Shown here: piece after piece, positions 1 to 9,560 of the stretch
How positions within the stretch are numbered: the stretch's first letter is position 1
How the letters are laid out: each line of letters starts with the position of its first letter
Assembly: GCA_038319685.1 (NCBI GenBank)
Contig: JBBQDN010000005.1
Location: 15,277 to 79,276 of the forward strand
Reading direction: 5' to 3'
DNA length: 64,000 bases
DNA from: Candidatus Saccharimonadales bacterium
Lineage (GTDB): Bacteria; Patescibacteriota; Saccharimonadia; Saccharimonadales; Saccharimonadaceae
Made by a program: the position numbers and the translations under genes
The notes under the pieces: generated by a model
What the model was told of the DNA's origin: nothing
What the model saw: the letters and a program-made list of their open reading frames with translations, nothing else
Database searches by the model: none

Positions 1-2206
1 TGCCCGGTAAGAATGTGTAGCTTTCTAAGAAGATATCAATTGGCGCACCTTTTTTTACTTCTTTAGATGATATGGTTTTATTTTTAATATTTTGATCGGT
101 CTGTGATGATTGAAAATAAACTGGAATCTGAACAGAATCTTTTGTCGCACTTAGGTCGGGGCATATATCTTGGTCACTGCCTGGACAGATATTATAATCA
201 AATAAACTATCATTATTGACGTTGCCTTCGCGCCAAACCTGCGAAGCTATGGCGTTATTTCCTTTTGAGTTTGGGTGGAATGATTCTTGATTTTCACTAC
301 GACCCCAAGCAGCAATACCTGTTACATACACATCGTCACCGTCACAAAGCTTATGCCCATTAAGGCTATCTTCGATGTTAATATACTTCACACCCGCAGC
401 CTCTGTTGCTTTTTTGATCACATTATTTAAATAACTTACACCCGCTGTTATCATTTGACGCTCTTGGTCATCGAGAAATCCAATGTTTGTACCGCACGAA
501 GCATTCTTATTACTATTTATAAATTGAGGATAGCCAAGAACGTATATTTTAGACAAAGATCCTGATGCAAGATACAAATCTTTATAAAGTGATTTTAAAC
601 TATCAAACTGGTCTTTGATTATACTGGCGAGTGACGACTTACTTTCGTCTGTAGCATATTCGCATGTATTAGGAAAGATTAAGCATTTTTTTATCTTATC
701 AGCAAAACCAACATCATTCCCACCCATAGTTAAAGTAATGACTTTTGGCTTATATTTTTTTACAAACTCAATTTGCTTCTGACGACCGGGGATGAATTCG
801 TTGAGTGCTTGGGTTTTTAAATCGTCCATGCTGTAGCGAATAAGTTGTTTTTCTTGACCTTCGTATAGACTACTCGCTTGTCCTTTTACGTCCCATATTT
901 TTGCACCAGAACACGCTACTGTCGCCCATTGCCTAGGTTCGTTTAATGCCAAATTCATACTACGTGCAAGCAGGTAAGGATACGACCTGGTACTAACGTG
1001 ACATTTTTCACGCGGTCGTCCTAGACTAAAATTCTCTTCTACGTCCGTAAAACTTGTATAATATTTTCGACCAAATTGATCTTGCTCGGTGTCGCCTTCT
1101 CCACTCGAATACGAATCACCTAGGGCGAGGTATTCCAGACGCGGCGCGACATATCCGGGCGCACTGAGGGTAAAAAGTTGGAAGTTATTTGCATTGGGAC
1201 CGCCGTAAAAACTAAATTGTCCGTTATCACCAGAAAACGTATAGTCGGATGTTTCGAAATGCCCACTAACTGGTTCGCCAATGACTGTTCGATCGATATG
1301 TCGACTTTTACAGGCAAGGGAACTATCGAAAGGATCGGCTTCGGATAGGTTGACTGATCCGCAGTCACCTAGATGCCATATATCTATATCAGTCGCCAAA
1401 CCGATGGCGACATACTTGCCGTCATTTGATACGCGGATTTTGGGCCAATATGGCGTCGCCTCATCAAAAGCATGTGGCTCGCCGTAAAATGTTGTTATTT
1501 GTTTTGTTGTAAGGTCAATTAGTTTATACCTCGTGCCAGAACTGCTTGAATTGACCCAGGCTACAAATCGACCGTTTTCCGATTCACCGTGCGCTATCAT
1601 TTCGCTGTGAACATCGCCCGTGTCGTTTGTTTTACTACTTATATACGGCGCGGTTTCGTTAAGATCAAAAATATACTGCGTATAGAGTGATCCCTGTGTA
1701 TCTCGGTGAATATATTTAGAAACATTTTCATATATGCGCATTTCGACATTAAAATATCCCGTTGGATCGGCTGGAAAAATGAATGTGTCTGTTCCTTCGA
1801 CCAAAACACTACTCCAACTGACACCAAGTAGTTTATACATGCGGCGGTCTGACCCAAAACTTACGACCGGCGTATAGTTGTCGTACACGGCGTAGCGTAT
1901 ATGTTCACCGTGTGTCACACATAACTTAGCGTCTACACTAGTGGCAAATCCGGTAACAACCGTGACTGTTTCGTTGATACATTTTCTGTATGAACCACGA
2001 GGAACCGTCCCTCCAAGGGTACTGTCTGATGCCTTCGTCGCTGTTTTTTCGACAGTAATGTTCTGATTATTTGTCCAATCAATTGGATTATCAGTAGCCT
2101 TAACGTTCAGAAATGCCTGCAAGATGCCCGTAATAAAAACAATACTACTTATGCCAAGTAGTAAGGTCGATGAAAAACGTTTTGCGCGCATTCTAGGCCT
2201 TTGCAT
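1..2206 (-). CDS. secreted SGNH/GDSL-family hydrolase with N-terminal PD40/beta-propeller-like region (partial, C-terminus off window)
   Basis: Absent from the supplied track because it has no stop inside the window. My reverse-complement read from ATG 2206 (in-frame ATG also at 2191) stays open to nt 1, giving 735 codons. N-terminus MQRPRMRAKRFSSTLLLGISSIVFITG looks like a signal/anchor. SGNH blocks present: LALGDSYSSGEG (~nt 1094-1129), TLTMGGNDVGF (~nt 706-738), ESFHPN (~nt 270-285). PD40-like RVSNDGKYVAI upstream. Confidence 0.7.
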   Translation of the reverse strand, partial: MQRPRMRAKRFSSTLLLGISSIVFITGILQAFLNVKATDNPIDWTNNQNITVEKTATKASDSTLGGTVPRGSYRKCINETVTVVTGFATSVDAKLCVTHGEHIRYAVYDNYTPVVSFGSDRRMYKLLGVSWSSVLVEGTDTFIFPADPTGYFNVEMRIYENVSKYIHRDTQGSLYTQYIFDLNETAPYISSKTNDTGDVHSEMIAHGESENGRFVAWVNSSSSGTRYKLIDLTTKQITTFYGEPHAFDEATPYWPKIRVSNDGKYVAIGLATDIDIWHLGDCGSVNLSEADPFDSSLACKSRHIDRTVIGEPVSGHFETSDYTFSGDNGQFSFYGGPNANNFQLFTLSAPGYVAPRLEYLALGDSYSSGEGDTEQDQFGRKYYTSFTDVEENFSLGRPREKCHVSTRSYPYLLARSMNLALNEPRQWATVACSGAKIWDVKGQASSLYEGQEKQLIRYSMDDLKTQALNEFIPGRQKQIEFVKKYKPKVITLTMGGNDVGFADKIKKCLIFPNTCEYATDESKSSLASIIKDQFDSLKSLYKDLYLASGSLSKIYVLGYPQFINSNKNASCGTNIGFLDDQERQMITAGVSYLNNVIKKATEAAGVKYINIEDSLNGHKLCDGDDVYVTGIAAWGRSENQESFHPNSKGNNAIASQVWREGNVNNDSLFDYNICPGSDQDICPDLSATKDSVQIPVYFQSSQTDQNIKNKTISSKEVKKGAPIDIFLESYTFLPG

Positions 2207-2280
2207 GCTTTTATCTTAGGTTATGCTGAGAGAAATAACAAGATAGTTCGAAATCACAATAAACAGGCTAGTATAGATAT

Positions 2281-3351
2281 ATGCGATTACTCGAATATGA
2301 AGCAAAGACAATCCTCCGAGAATATAACATCCCGGTTCCTGACGCGCTTGTTGTGACGAAACAATTCACTCCTGAATTACAATTCCCTGTCGTTCTGAAA
2401 TCTCAGGTCCCGACGGGTGGTCGCGGCAAAGCAGGTGGCGTTGTTCGGGTAAATACGCCGGACGAAATGACGCCGACAATTGATCGTATTTTTGCACTGA
2501 CGATTAACGGTTTTGTGCCGAGTGCGATCTTGGCCGAGCAGACCATTGCTATTAAGACAGAACTCTACCTGTCCCTGTTTATTAACCGTGACCTGGGTCG
2601 TATCGAATTGATGGCACATACAAGAGGTGGGGTGGAGGTAGAGCGAGAGACGGAATTTGGAATATGGAAGGTAGAAGGTGGCAAAGAGTCAGCCGAGCTA
2701 CTAGGTCAAAGACTGGCGGAGTATTATGAATTACCAGATCAAACATTCGCCCTTCAGGACCTTATTCAAAACCTCATGACATGTTTTATCAAAAATGATG
2801 CCACGCTGCTTGAGATTAATCCGTTGGTTTTGACGGATGATCATGAACTTTTAGCGGCTGATTGTAAAATGGAATTAGATAACGCTGCACATTTTCGTCA
2901 CCCTGAATGGAATTTTGAGGATACTGTCGTAAATAGTAACTTCGTTGAACTCGATAAAAACGGTACTGTCGCGACGATCGCCAACGGAGCTGGCCTGGCT
3001 ATGGCAACAGTCGATGCCGTCAGTGCGATCGGATTACAACCCGCTAACTTCCTTGATATTGGAGGTGGGGCAAGTAGTGAAACGATCCTGGGAGCATTTC
3101 ATAGAATTATGGAATTGTCAGATATTAAGGTGATTGTCATTAATATATTTGCCGGGATTACTCGTTGTGACGAAGTCGCACGGGCAATCATTGTCGCGAG
3201 GAAACAGATACCCACCCTGCCACCTCTATGTATACGACTGGCTGGAACTAACTTTGAACAGGCAGTGGCAATCCTATCAAAAGAAGGTATCCCTACGCTT
3301 GCAACTCTCAACGAATGTCTAATATCAGCCCAGGAGATCGTTCATGGATAA
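2281..3351 (+). CDS. sucC: succinate--CoA ligase (ADP-forming) beta subunit
   Basis: MRLLEYEAKTILREYNIPVP..GGRGKAGGV..INPL..ANGAGLAMATVD..ANFLDIGGGA..NIFAGITRCD is colinear with SucC. At 356 aa it is somewhat short. 8-nt overlap with sucD. Confidence 0.9.
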   Translation: MRLLEYEAKTILREYNIPVPDALVVTKQFTPELQFPVVLKSQVPTGGRGKAGGVVRVNTPDEMTPTIDRIFALTINGFVPSAILAEQTIAIKTELYLSLFINRDLGRIELMAHTRGGVEVERETEFGIWKVEGGKESAELLGQRLAEYYELPDQTFALQDLIQNLMTCFIKNDATLLEINPLVLTDDHELLAADCKMELDNAAHFRHPEWNFEDTVVNSNFVELDKNGTVATIANGAGLAMATVDAVSAIGLQPANFLDIGGGASSETILGAFHRIMELSDIKVIVINIFAGITRCDEVARAIIVARKQIPTLPPLCIRLAGTNFEQAVAILSKEGIPTLATLNECLISAQEIVHG

Positions 3352-4210
3352 TACATTACTCACTGCAACGAACGTGATTATTCAGGGCATTACAGGTGCA
3401 CAGGGCGCATTTCATACCGCGAGTATGCGCGCTGCAGGGACAACTATCGTCGCGGGGACATCCCCGAATAAGGCTGGTGAGTTTGTCGACGGTGTGCCGG
3501 TGTATGATTCAATTGCCTCTATACAAAAAGATTTCACGGTCGACACGAGTATTATCTTCGTCCCTGCACCTCATGCCAAAGCTGCGCTTATCGAAGCAAT
3601 TACCGCCAAGATTCCCCTAGTCGTCTGTATTACCGAGGGTATTCCTGTTCACGATATGATTATCGTAAAAAAGATGGCAAGGGAAGTGGGCGTCACATTA
3701 ATTGGGCCTAACTGTCCCGGAATTTTACTCCCCGGAGTTCACAAACTAGGCATTATCCCCACGTATATGGGTTTGCCGGGATCGGTCGGGATCGTCAGCC
3801 GATCAGGTACCCTAACCTACGAAGCAGCTGCGGAACTGACCGCACGTGGGATCGGACAAAAATATATTATCGGTATTGGTGGTGACCGAGTCCGTGGAAC
3901 CGACTTTATTGACTGTTTAGCATTATTCGAAAGTGATCCCGAGGTGAGTTCAATTGTATTAATCGGTGAAATTGGTGGCGATAGCGAACAACAGGCCGCT
4001 ACCTACATTAAAACATCAGTTACAAAACCGGTGTATGCCTATATCGCAGGTAACTGCGCACCTGTCGGTGTCCAGTTAGGACATGCGGGTGCGATACTCG
4101 GCAGTGAAACAGAGTCGGCAAAAAGTAAAACCAGCGCTCTGCGACACGTAGGCGTGACGACAGCCGAAACCATTACGGATCTTATTAATTCTGTATTAAT
4201 TAATAAATAA
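3344..4210 (+). CDS. sucD: succinate--CoA ligase alpha subunit
   Basis: GITGAQGAFH, IGPNCPGI, SRSGTLTYE and GHAGAI (catalytic His loop) motifs. Confidence 0.92.
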   Translation: MDNTLLTATNVIIQGITGAQGAFHTASMRAAGTTIVAGTSPNKAGEFVDGVPVYDSIASIQKDFTVDTSIIFVPAPHAKAALIEAITAKIPLVVCITEGIPVHDMIIVKKMAREVGVTLIGPNCPGILLPGVHKLGIIPTYMGLPGSVGIVSRSGTLTYEAAAELTARGIGQKYIIGIGGDRVRGTDFIDCLALFESDPEVSSIVLIGEIGGDSEQQAATYIKTSVTKPVYAYIAGNCAPVGVQLGHAGAILGSETESAKSKTSALRHVGVTTAETITDLINSVLINK

Positions 4211-4224
4211 TATACAATTAGGAC

Positions 4225-5190
4225 ATGTCGTCATTTATCTCTATTGTTGTGCCACTATATAATGAGCAGCTCGGCATCACCTCTTTTCACAAAAGTCTTG
4301 TGAAAACATTGATCACTATTCCTGATATTACCTACGAAATCATTTATTGCGATGACGGCAGTACCGACAATACGCTAGAGGTTATCACGAGTCTCGTAAA
4401 GAAAGAAGGATTCGTTCGAATCATTTCCCTATCAAGGAATTTTGGCAAAGAATACGCACTAACAGCCGGTATTCATAACGCCAACGGCGATGCAATCGTC
4501 ATGATCGATGGTGACGGTCAACACCCGGTTGAATTACTGGGAAGTTTTATACAAACATGGAAAGATGGTGCTCAGATTGTCGTAGGTGTACGAAAAAGTC
4601 ACACTAGGTTGCCCCTTCGGGTACGTTTTAATTCATGGTTATTTTATAGTTTATTCAACCGGATTACGCGTCAAAAACTCGTTCCTAGTTCAACCGACTT
4701 TCGATTAATTAATTCTGATGTACGGTCTGCTTTTTTGAAACTTCAAGAATCAAATAGAATTACGCGTGGACTTATAGATTGGCTTGGGTTTAAACCAGCC
4801 TATATATCCTTTGTCGCGAATGAACGTCAGTTTGGTAAACCTTCATATGACACACGTCAACTTATCGAACTGGCGATTAATAGCTTTATATCGCTCAGTC
4901 CTAGGCCTCTTTATATATTTGGATATGTTGGTATTGTTATATCTATTCTGAGCGCAATTTTAGGATGTAGTGTTATTATTGAACAATTCTTGTTGCATGA
5001 TCCGTTATATTGGCATTTTAGTGGGACTGCAATGTTAGGTATCGTGATACTTTTTCTGGTTGGTATTGTTTTGATGTCACAAGGAGTTCTTTCGTTATAT
5101 GTTTCACATATTCATACCCAAAGTAAACGACGACCTTTATATATTGTTGATTACAAGCATTCCATTGGTATAGATGAACGTGATAATTAA
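4225..5190 (+). CDS. family-2 glycosyltransferase, polyprenyl-phosphate sugar synthase type (GtrB/ArnC/DPM1-like)
   Basis: SIVVPLYNE, DDGSTDNT, SRNFGKE, IDGDGQHP, plus two C-terminal TM helices. Confidence 0.85.
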   Translation: MSSFISIVVPLYNEQLGITSFHKSLVKTLITIPDITYEIIYCDDGSTDNTLEVITSLVKKEGFVRIISLSRNFGKEYALTAGIHNANGDAIVMIDGDGQHPVELLGSFIQTWKDGAQIVVGVRKSHTRLPLRVRFNSWLFYSLFNRITRQKLVPSSTDFRLINSDVRSAFLKLQESNRITRGLIDWLGFKPAYISFVANERQFGKPSYDTRQLIELAINSFISLSPRPLYIFGYVGIVISILSAILGCSVIIEQFLLHDPLYWHFSGTAMLGIVILFLVGIVLMSQGVLSLYVSHIHTQSKRRPLYIVDYKHSIGIDERDN

Positions 5191-5581
5191 ACTGTTTCGT
5201 ACGAATCAGCTGTTTCGTTACTTTCTTATTGGTGGCCTGTCATTTGCTGTAGAAATGGGGATCTTATTTACCCTACGATATGTCTGTCACTTTTCTCCGG
5301 TTGTGTCGGTTGGTATTAGTTTTTGGGTTGGGTTCTCGGTCGCATATATATTGCAAAAAGTTATCGTATTTAAAAGCACTGACTATTCTAAAAAAGTCAT
5401 TGCCAAACAAGTGACACTGACGTTACTTCTTGTTGCGTGGAATTATATTTTTACACTCACCGTCGTTCATTTACTTGAATCGGTTTTTTCGGTTATTATT
5501 ATCAGGACGGTAGTTATTATAATGACGACGACATGGAATTTCTATATATATAAGATAATCTTTAAATCAAAGACTGATTAA
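5174..5581 (+). CDS. GtrA-family membrane protein (putative polyprenyl-P-sugar flippase)
   Basis: 135 aa with four hydrophobic helices. N-terminal FRYFLIGGLSFAVEMGILF is typical of GtrA. Overlaps the upstream GT2 by 17 nt. Confidence 0.75.
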   Translation: MNVIIKLFRTNQLFRYFLIGGLSFAVEMGILFTLRYVCHFSPVVSVGISFWVGFSVAYILQKVIVFKSTDYSKKVIAKQVTLTLLLVAWNYIFTLTVVHLLESVFSVIIIRTVVIIMTTTWNFYIYKIIFKSKTD

Positions 5582-5582
5582 C

Positions 5583-8165
5583 ATGCGCTATCGTAAGAAA
5601 AAGACATTTTTTGAAAAATATATAACACCCGTATATACTTCTCGTAATTTCCCTGTCATGTACCTGCTTGTAAGTATTGGCATACTGGTGTTCACGACGA
5701 TCCTCTGGTCAATTCTAGGAGCAATAATTAACCTCGGCAATGCTGATAGTAGCGTAAATCCACTATTATTTGAAAGCTCATCCACCTTTCACGGTGCAAG
5801 CCTTCCTGAGCAACATACTTTCCTATTTAAACAGCCGCTGTTTTTACTTATTAAATTTCTAGGTGCAAATGATATAGCGTTTATCGTTAGCACGGTACTT
5901 ATAGTCCTACTTACTATAGGTACGCTCGCCTATCTCATTTCTCGGATTGAACGACGACCCGTCGTACTAGCGACAATATACCTCGCCCTGGCGCTCTGTT
6001 TACTACTCACCCCGACCGAACCATATGCAGGATCTTTACTGCCAGTTAACCTAGCAATGCTTGCGACAAGAAATATTGAATATGTCGTATTGATTGCTGG
6101 ATTATTACTCGTTATACGATCGGGTGGTATTCGAACAAAACAATTTATCTATTCCTGTCTGGTATTTGCGGCTTTATTTGCAAGTGACAGACTATTTTTA
6201 GGACTCAGTCTCGGTGGAGCTGTGGCTATGAGTATTGTCTACCTTATTGGCCGCAAAAAGCCACTTTTGAATCTATCTCTTCGTTGGGCGTTCGCGTCGA
6301 TACTAGGTTATATGATTTCCATGGGTGTTATTTTTGTGCTGCAAATCACGCATATCATCACTATCGGCAGTTCTGCCGGAAGTAGCCCATACTCATTTGT
6401 ATCTTCATTAAAGGATGGGACGCTGGCGATTATTTATGGGTTTTTGGGTATTTTTACTAATTTTGGAGCAAATCCGGTTGTCGATATTCGTGTCGCGGCG
6501 TCCATTCCTAGCGAGTTTTTCCATAGAATGATGAGTTTAAACGGTGTCGTTTTTGTTATCACAATCTGTATTACTCTACTTATCCTCGTTAGTATGGCTA
6601 TAGTATTTATCCGAAGTCTGAAATCGGAAAAGAAGAAAGTAATTCGCTACCCTAACCAGGCTGTCAGTCTGTCTCTTTTACTGTTTTTTACAACCCTTAT
6701 TGCCGTCGTGCTATTTGTGAGCACAAACCATTACTACCCTGTTGATTCTCGTTATTTGACGATTGTTTTATTCGCTGGTTTCATCGCCTTTCCAACTTAT
6801 CTCCGGGGAGTGCGACTAAAGCGTACTCGTATCATTTTGTGTGGCTGTGTTATTACATTGGGAATTGTTTTAGGAAGCTTTATTGCTGTTGATAATTTCA
6901 ATACATCGATCATAACGATGAATACTGTAGTAACCCGTAATGAACGCATAATACAGACAATTAATAGTCATCCAGGAACGACACTTATTGGTGACTACTG
7001 GCGAGTTATTCCTATTAAACAAAAGAATCAAGGACTTGGCATAGTCCCGCTCGAAGACTGTTTTACGCCGCGAAAAGCACTGACAAGTAGTACCTGGCAG
7101 TTAGATATATCTCATAAAAGCTTTACCTATTTACTATCACTTGACGCAACAAGCCCCGCCTACCCACACTGTACGCTCGATCAAGTCGTAAAAGAGTACG
7201 GACGACCGAATAGTAGTAGTGTTATTCAAGGATCACTCGAACACCCACAGGAGTTATTGCTTTTTTATGATGGTGGTATTCACAAAAATCAACCTTTGGC
7301 AGTCACCTCACCAACTCCAAGTACTGTTGTGCCCAAGAATTTAGCTGATGTTAAAAAACGTGTTTGTAACAACCAAACAATTATGAATTTTTCTGCTCAT
7401 GAAGATGATGATATTCTTTTTATGAATCCCGATCTATTGCATGATATAAAAAAGGGAAGTTGTATACGAAGTGTTTATTTTACCGCAGGTGATGCTGGTG
7501 CTGATAATAATTATTGGACGGGTCGGCAAAAAGGTACACAGGCCGCATATGATAGTATGCTCGGCAAAAATGACCAGGTCTGGATTGATCAGATTATACG
7601 ATTACCGAGTGGTCAGTTCGCAACCATATCTAACCCTAGTGGGAATAGTGCAATATCGTTATTGTTTCTCCATATACCTGATGGAAATATGAATGGAAAC
7701 GGGTTTGCGAGCACACGACACGAAAGTCTGGGTCGGCTTTATTCATCGCACATACCATTAATACGTACCGTCGATAACAGCTCTACGTACACACGTGAAC
7801 AACTAATAAACACTTTGGTTTCCCTGATGCAATTTTACACCCCTGAGTCCATACGATCTCAGAGCGCTGATAAGAGCGGGCAATTCATAGACCATAGTGA
7901 CCACACAAATGTCGCATATTTCACAACGGATGCATACACCATTTATACACAGGCTATGGAGATAAAACCTCAAATAGTGTACTACCTGGGCTATCCTGTT
8001 CATAGTCTGCCTGGAAATGTGTTTGATGAAGATTTAATAGAAAAAACGAAGGCTTTTGAGGCGTTTGGACGGTATGATAACGCCGTATGTCATAGTTCGG
8101 TAGAATGTGATACCAAATCAGTATATGGCTTTTACCTTCGAAGGCAATATATCCGTGATCACTAG
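5583..8165 (+). CDS. polytopic membrane protein (GT-C/GtrC-like?) fused to C-terminal PIG-L/LmbE-family deacetylase domain
   Basis: About 12 hydrophobic helices in aa 1-445. The C-terminus carries PIG-L motifs SAHEDDDILFMNPD, VYFTAGDAG and DHSDH. Confidence 0.6.
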   Translation: MRYRKKKTFFEKYITPVYTSRNFPVMYLLVSIGILVFTTILWSILGAIINLGNADSSVNPLLFESSSTFHGASLPEQHTFLFKQPLFLLIKFLGANDIAFIVSTVLIVLLTIGTLAYLISRIERRPVVLATIYLALALCLLLTPTEPYAGSLLPVNLAMLATRNIEYVVLIAGLLLVIRSGGIRTKQFIYSCLVFAALFASDRLFLGLSLGGAVAMSIVYLIGRKKPLLNLSLRWAFASILGYMISMGVIFVLQITHIITIGSSAGSSPYSFVSSLKDGTLAIIYGFLGIFTNFGANPVVDIRVAASIPSEFFHRMMSLNGVVFVITICITLLILVSMAIVFIRSLKSEKKKVIRYPNQAVSLSLLLFFTTLIAVVLFVSTNHYYPVDSRYLTIVLFAGFIAFPTYLRGVRLKRTRIILCGCVITLGIVLGSFIAVDNFNTSIITMNTVVTRNERIIQTINSHPGTTLIGDYWRVIPIKQKNQGLGIVPLEDCFTPRKALTSSTWQLDISHKSFTYLLSLDATSPAYPHCTLDQVVKEYGRPNSSSVIQGSLEHPQELLLFYDGGIHKNQPLAVTSPTPSTVVPKNLADVKKRVCNNQTIMNFSAHEDDDILFMNPDLLHDIKKGSCIRSVYFTAGDAGADNNYWTGRQKGTQAAYDSMLGKNDQVWIDQIIRLPSGQFATISNPSGNSAISLLFLHIPDGNMNGNGFASTRHESLGRLYSSHIPLIRTVDNSSTYTREQLINTLVSLMQFYTPESIRSQSADKSGQFIDHSDHTNVAYFTTDAYTIYTQAMEIKPQIVYYLGYPVHSLPGNVFDEDLIEKTKAFEAFGRYDNAVCHSSVECDTKSVYGFYLRRQYIRDH

Positions 8166-8212
8166 TTTAGTGCAGATCTATTAATAGCCTACGTGGTATT
8201 ATAAGAGTATAT

Positions 8213-9154
8213 ATGAAAAAGATTTCATTACTAATCCCTGCGTATAACGAACAGGAAGTCATCCGTGCACTTTATGAACGATTAGGGATGCTTGCAGAAA
8301 AAACACCAGATTATGATTTCGAGTTTTTGTTCGTCAATGATGGTAGCCGTGATAAAACGCTTGAAATAATTAAAGCGTACGCTGAAAAAGATAGGCGTAT
8401 TGCTTATGTGAATCTATCTCGTAATTTCGGCAAGGAAATTGCGATGATCGCTGGACTTGATCATGTATCGGGTGATGCAACCGTTATTATCGACGCTGAT
8501 CTCCAGGACCCACCAGAATTAATCCCTCAGATGATCGAGTTTTGGGAACAAGGCTACGATGATGTGTATGCTCGCCGTAGTAGCCGCAAGGGTGAAACTT
8601 GGTTTAAAAAAGCCACGAGTACATTATTTTATAAAATACTCCAAAAATCGACGAATATTCCGATCCAACGTGATACCGGTGATTTCCGATTACTTAGTCG
8701 CAGGTGTGTCGAAGCGCTCAAGACAATTCGTGAATCACAGCGCTATACAAAGGGATATTTTAGCTGGATTGGCTACAAGAAAAAAGAAATTACCTATGTT
8801 CGTGATCCGCGTTTGGCTGGTGAAAGTAAATGGAATTATTTTAAACTCGTTAATCTTGCTATTGATGGAATTGTATCTTTTACAACAGTACCCTTACGTT
8901 GGTCGACGATTTTAGGTATTATCACCTCCGTTCTTGCCTTTATATATATCATTTATCTCGTTATCCGCACAGCCCTGTTTGGAACTGACCTGGCCGGCTA
9001 CCCTTCCATGATGGCTGTCATCCTATTTCTGGGTGGTATTCAGCTGCTTTCTATCGGTATTATCGGTGAATATGTTGGAAGAATATTCAATGAGACCAAG
9101 AATCGACCTCTGTATTTTGTCGAAGAACTCCATAAAAGTGGCAATAAAAAATAA
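8213..9154 (+). CDS. family-2 glycosyltransferase, polyprenyl-phosphate sugar synthase type (second copy)
   Basis: SLLIPAYNE, NDGSRDKT, SRNFGKE, IDADLQDPPE, plus two C-terminal TM helices. Confidence 0.85.
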   Translation: MKKISLLIPAYNEQEVIRALYERLGMLAEKTPDYDFEFLFVNDGSRDKTLEIIKAYAEKDRRIAYVNLSRNFGKEIAMIAGLDHVSGDATVIIDADLQDPPELIPQMIEFWEQGYDDVYARRSSRKGETWFKKATSTLFYKILQKSTNIPIQRDTGDFRLLSRRCVEALKTIRESQRYTKGYFSWIGYKKKEITYVRDPRLAGESKWNYFKLVNLAIDGIVSFTTVPLRWSTILGIITSVLAFIYIIYLVIRTALFGTDLAGYPSMMAVILFLGGIQLLSIGIIGEYVGRIFNETKNRPLYFVEELHKSGNKK

Positions 9155-9560
9155 AGCACAAAAAGGCAGATTTGCCGTTGTTGGCATTGCCAATACAATC
9201 ATTGATTTTGGGGTACTATTCACTCTTAAAATAGCAGGTTTGCCAGAAATACCAGCTAATATCGTATCGACCTTTACTGCATTTTGTTTTAGTTTTTTTG
9301 CGAACAAAAACTACACGTTTAAAACATCTGGAACTAATGTTGCACGCGAACTAGGATTATTTATACTGGTCGCACTGACAGGAGCCTGGGTTATACAATC
9401 ACTTGTCTTAGCGGGTATGCTATCTGTCCTCTCACCTCTCCATTTATCTGAATTAATCACGCTGTTTATCGCAAAAATTATCGCTGTTGGTGCGGGACTA
9501 ATATGGAGCTATGTGATGTATTCGCGGGTAGTATTTAAAAGCAAAGAAACTACTGTATGA
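9090..9560 (+). CDS. GtrA-family membrane protein (second copy)
   Basis: GRFAVVGIANTIIDFGVLF is a GtrA N-motif; four TM helices. Start is ambiguous: the track gives 9033, ATG 9090 has a GGAAG upstream, and GTG 9138 would give 140 aa. Confidence 0.7.
   Translation: MRPRIDLCILSKNSIKVAIKNKAQKGRFAVVGIANTIIDFGVLFTLKIAGLPEIPANIVSTFTAFCFSFFANKNYTFKTSGTNVARELGLFILVALTGAWVIQSLVLAGMLSVLSPLHLSELITLFIAKIIAVGAGLIWSYVMYSRVVFKSKETTV

Noticed and set aside
1120-1857. Short track ORFs (1120-1368 minus, 1281-1487 plus, 1639-1857 minus) as the only genes in the first 2.2 kb.
   Set aside because: They are out-of-frame shadows of the long edge-truncated SGNH hydrolase ORF, which the track omits because it has no stop within the window.
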